Below, piece after piece: positions 60,425 through 64,000 of a stretch of DNA of 64,000 bases. How positions within the stretch are numbered: the stretch's first letter is position 1; every line of letters starts with the position of its first letter. The position numbers and the translations under genes are program-made. The notes below the pieces were generated by a model. The model saw nothing but the letters and a program-made list of their open reading frames with translations. It searched no databases and was not told where the DNA came from. This stretch comes from Pristiophorus japonicus (Eukaryota), in assembly GCF_044704955.1 (NCBI RefSeq), contig NC_091999.1, forward strand, positions 63,612,001 through 63,676,000, in the 5' to 3' direction.

Positions 60425-62765
60425 ATCTCCATTCAGCTCCACTTACCCGCCCTCTCCCCGTAATCCTTAATTCCCTTATTGGTTAAAAATCTATCTATCT
60501 TTGACTTGAAAACATTCAATGAGCTAGCCTCAACTGCTTCGTTGGGCAGAGAATTCCACAGATTCACAACCCTCTGGGAGAAGAAATTTTTTCTCAACTC
60601 GGTTTTAAATTGGCTCCTCCGCATTTTGAGGCTGTGCCCCCAAGTACTAGTCTCCCCGACCAATGGAAACAATCTCTCTGCCTCTGTCTTGTCTATCCCT
60701 TTCATGATTTTAAATGTTTCTCTAAGATCACCCCTCATCCTTCTGAACTCCAAGCAGTAAAGACCCAGTCTACTCAATCTATCATCATAAGGTAACCCCC
60801 TCATTTCTGGAATCAGCCTAGTGAATCGTCGCTGTACCCCTTCCAAAGCTAGTATATCCTTCCTTAAGTAAGGTGAACAAAACTGCACGCAGTACTCCAG
60901 GTGCAGCCTTAGCAATACCTTATACAGTTGCAGCAAGACCTCCCTGCTTTTGTATTCCATCCCTTTCGCAATGAAGGCCAATATTCCATTTGCCTTCCTG
61001 ATTTCCTGCTGCACCTGCAAACTAACCTTTTGGGATTCATGCACAAGGATCCCCAGGTCCCTTTGCACCACAGCATGTTGTAATTTCTCCCCATTCAAAT
61101 AATATTCCCTTTTACTGTTTTTTTCCCAAGGTGGATGACCTCACACTTTCCGACATTGTATTCCATCTGCCAAACCTTAGCCCATTCGCTTAACCTATCC
61201 AAATCTCCTTGCAGTCTCTCTGAGTCCTCTACACAACCCGCTTTCCCACTAATCTTAGTGTCATCTGCAAATTCTGTTGCACTACACTCTGTCCCCTCTT
61301 CTAGGTCATCTATGTATATTGTAAACAGTTGTGGTCTCAGCACTGATCCCTGTGGCACACCATGAACCACCGATTTCCAACCACAAAAGGACCCATTTAT
61401 CCCGACTCACTGCTTCTGTTCGCCAGCCAATTCTCTATCCATGCTAATACATTTCCTCTGACTCCGCGTACCTTTGTCTTCTGTAGTAACCTTTTGTGTG
61501 GCACCTTATCCAATGCCTTTTGGAAATCTAAATACACCACATCCATCGGTACACCTCTATCCACCATGCTTGTTATAGCCTCAAAGAATTCCAGTAAGGT
61601 AGTTAAACATGATTTCCCTTTCATGAATCCAGGCTGCGTCTGCTTGATTGCACTATTCCTATCTAGATGTCCCGCTATTTCTTCCTTAATGATAGTTTCA
61701 AGCATTTTCCCCACTACAGATGTTAAACTAACCGGCCTATAGTTACCTGCCTTTTGCCTGCCCCGTTTTTTTAAACAGAGGCGTTACATTAGCTGCTCTC
61801 CAATCCGCTGGTACCTCCCCAGATTCCAGAGAATGTTGGTAGATTATAACGAATGCATCTGCTATAACTTCAGCCATCTCTTTTAACACCCTGGGATGTA
61901 TTTCATCATGACCAGGGGACTTGTCTACCTTCAGTCCCATTAGCCTGTCCAGCATTATTCCCCTCGTGATAGTGATTGTCTCAACGTCCTCCCTTTCCAC
62001 ATTCCTGTGGCCTGCAAATTTTGGCATTGTTTTTGTGTCTTCCACTGTGAAGACGGAAGCAAAGTAATTGTTTAAGGTCTCAGCCATTTCCACATTTCCC
62101 ATTATTAAATCTCCCTTCTCATCTTCTGAGGGACCAACATTTACCTTAGTCGCTCTCTTCCGTTTTATATATCGGTAAAAGCTTTTACTATCTGTTTTTA
62201 TATTTTGCGCCAGTTACTTTCGTAATCTATATTTCCTTTCTTTATTGCTTTCTTAGTAATTCTTTGCTGTCATTTAAAATTTTCCCAATCTTGTAGTTTC
62301 CCACTAACCTTGGCCACCTTATACGCATTGGTTTTTAATTTGATACTCTCCTTTATTTCCTTGGTTATCCTCGGCTGGTTATCACTTCTCTTGCCGCCCC
62401 TCTTTTCACTGGAATAAATTTTTTTTGCGCACTATGAAAGAGGTCCTTAAAAGTCCTCCACTGTTCCTCAATTGTGGCACTATTTAGTCCTTGTTTCCAG
62501 TCTACTTTAGCCAACTCTGCCCTCATCCCACTGTAGTCCCCTTTGTTTAAGCATCGTAACCTCGTTTCTGATACAACTTCCTCATCCTCAATCTGTATTA
62601 CAAATTCAACCATATTGTGATCACTCATTCCGAGAGGATCTTTTACGAGGAGATCGTTTATTTTTCCTGTATCATTGCACAGGACCAGATCCAAAGATGG
62701 CTTGCTCCCTTGTAGGCTCTGTTACATACTGTTCTAAGAAACAGTCCCGTATGCATTCTATGAAT
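60425..62765 (-). mobile_element. Second CR1-like LINE (endonuclease end, RT, ORF2 C-terminus), frameshifted
   Basis: DLVL..SDHN, KSPG, DFQKALDKVPH, GVPQGSVL, FADD, FFSQRVVNLWNSL in order. Confidence 0.9.
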
Positions 62766-63491
62766 TATCTCTCTCTTTGTCCCTGTCTTTGTCCCTGTCA
62801 TTCCATCACTATTTGCCCCTCTCTTTATGGAGCACACAAACACATCTCTGTATATGTATGTGTTTGAGTCTTTCTGTTATTCAGTCTGACCTTCCATCTC
62901 AGTCTCAAAGTCTCTGTTTCTCTTTGTCTCTATCTCGCTGTCTGTCTCTCCCTGTTTTCCTGTCTCTCAACTTATCTGTCTCTTTCTCACGATGTCCAGT
63001 TCTGTTCCAATGGGATTCTCTCAGTCTCTCTGTCTGACTGTCTCTCTCATTCCCATCATCTCTCTCTGTCCATGTCTCCACCTGTCTCTCTCTTTGCCTG
63101 TCTCTGTTAGTTCCTGTCTCTAACCTGCTGAGTATTTCCATCATTTTCTGTTTATATCTCTGTCTATCTCTCTATCTGTCGCTCACTCTTTCTCGGTCTC
63201 TCTCTTTGTCACTGTCTTTGTCACTGTCTTTCTCTCACTCTTTCCCTCTCTCTCTTTGAAGAGCACACACACACACATCTCTGTATATGTGTGTGTTTGA
63301 GTCTTTTTCTCACTCAGTCTGTCTCTCCTTCTCAGTCTCATACTTTCTGTCTCACGTTGTCTCTATCTCGCTGTCTGTCTCTCCCTGTTTGTCGGTTTGT
63401 CTCTGTCTCTCAGTGTGCCTGTCGACTTCTCATGTTGTCCAGTTCTGTTCACAGCTCGATTCCTGCTCTAACAAAACAAATACGCGTCAGT

Positions 63492-63563
63492 TCCTCGTTA
63501 GTGTAGTAGTTAATATCCCTTCCTGTCACGCGTGAGGTCGGGGTTCAATTCCCCGACGAGGGT
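63492..63563 (+). tRNA. tRNA-Asp(GTC)-like pseudogene
   Basis: TCCTCGTTAG..CCTGTCACG..GGGTTCAATTCCCCGACG. Confidence 0.7.
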
Positions 63564-64000
63564 GGAGCTTTTTCACAATGTTGTATATTACTTCAAAATG
63601 TCCTGGAACTTTATAAAAAGACTTGGGGAAAATAATACGGATGTGAGCTTTGGTATCGGCTTTGGTTCAGTGGCAGCATTCTCGGCTGAATCAGGAGGTT
63701 GTGTGTGTGAGTCCAACTCCTGAGACTTGAGCATATAATCTTGGCTGACATTCAAATGCAGCACTTGGGGAATTTTGCAATGTTGAAGCTTTTGACTTTC
63801 GGATGAAATGTTAAATTGAAGCTCCGTCTGCACCCTCGGGTGGATGTGAAAGTTCCCAGAGCATTACTCGAAAAAGAATAGGAGAGTTGCCCCTGTGTCA
63901 ATATTACTATAAATATTTGAAAATGCTCATTAAAAACCTATGTCTGTGAGATGGATCTGCAGCCCATATTCTCACAGAGACAAAATCCGAATACTGACAA

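Larger units (their letters stand above)
44735..64000 (+). repeat. Tandem tRNA array, ~6 units of 2.3-3.3 kb (last unit enlarged by LINEs): Leu, CT-rich spacer, Asp, (Leu), Ser, SINE head
   Basis: Unit starts recur near 44735, 47033, 50020, 53145, 56445, 58700 and 63895 (gtgtcaatattac..aaatgctc..gaagcccagattctcacagag). Confidence 0.92.

Noticed and set aside
45068-63535. Leu/Ser/Cys-rich ORFs in the tRNA array
   Set aside because: Translations of CT/GT low-complexity spacers. Frames are not conserved between units.

Overview
Eukaryotic, repeat-dense DNA that is almost certainly from a cartilaginous fish (shark-type IgM exons, CR1/HER1-like LINEs with (TTTCTATG)n tails, Deu-type SINEs). I see no clearly intact host protein-coding gene. 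From left to right: (1) 1-8070, decayed minus-strand endogenous retrovirus material (gag-pro-pol, with an env-like remnant lying upstream of gag); (2) 8153-13062 and 33995-39304, two copies of a ~5 kb duplication, each with a C2H2 zinc-finger array pseudogene (7 vs 10 fingers, very different recognition helices); (3) two homologous, oppositely oriented CpG-island promoters and several minisatellites (39, ~40, 22, 54, 32 and 38 bp units); (4) 23344-28244, a 4.9 kb two-LTR provirus with a tRNA-Ser PBS, a -1 frameshift signal, a collapsed pol and a gamma-type env, nested in a minisatellite inside a split CR1 LINE; (5) 39628-44277, an orphan, decaying IgM constant region (Cmu1-Cmu4 plus secretory tail, no V/D/J or TM exons seen); (6) 44735-64000, a tandem array of Leu/Asp/Ser tRNA genes or pseudogenes interleaved with SINE heads and LINE fragments. 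All identities and alignments were made by eye. No database search or folding program was run.
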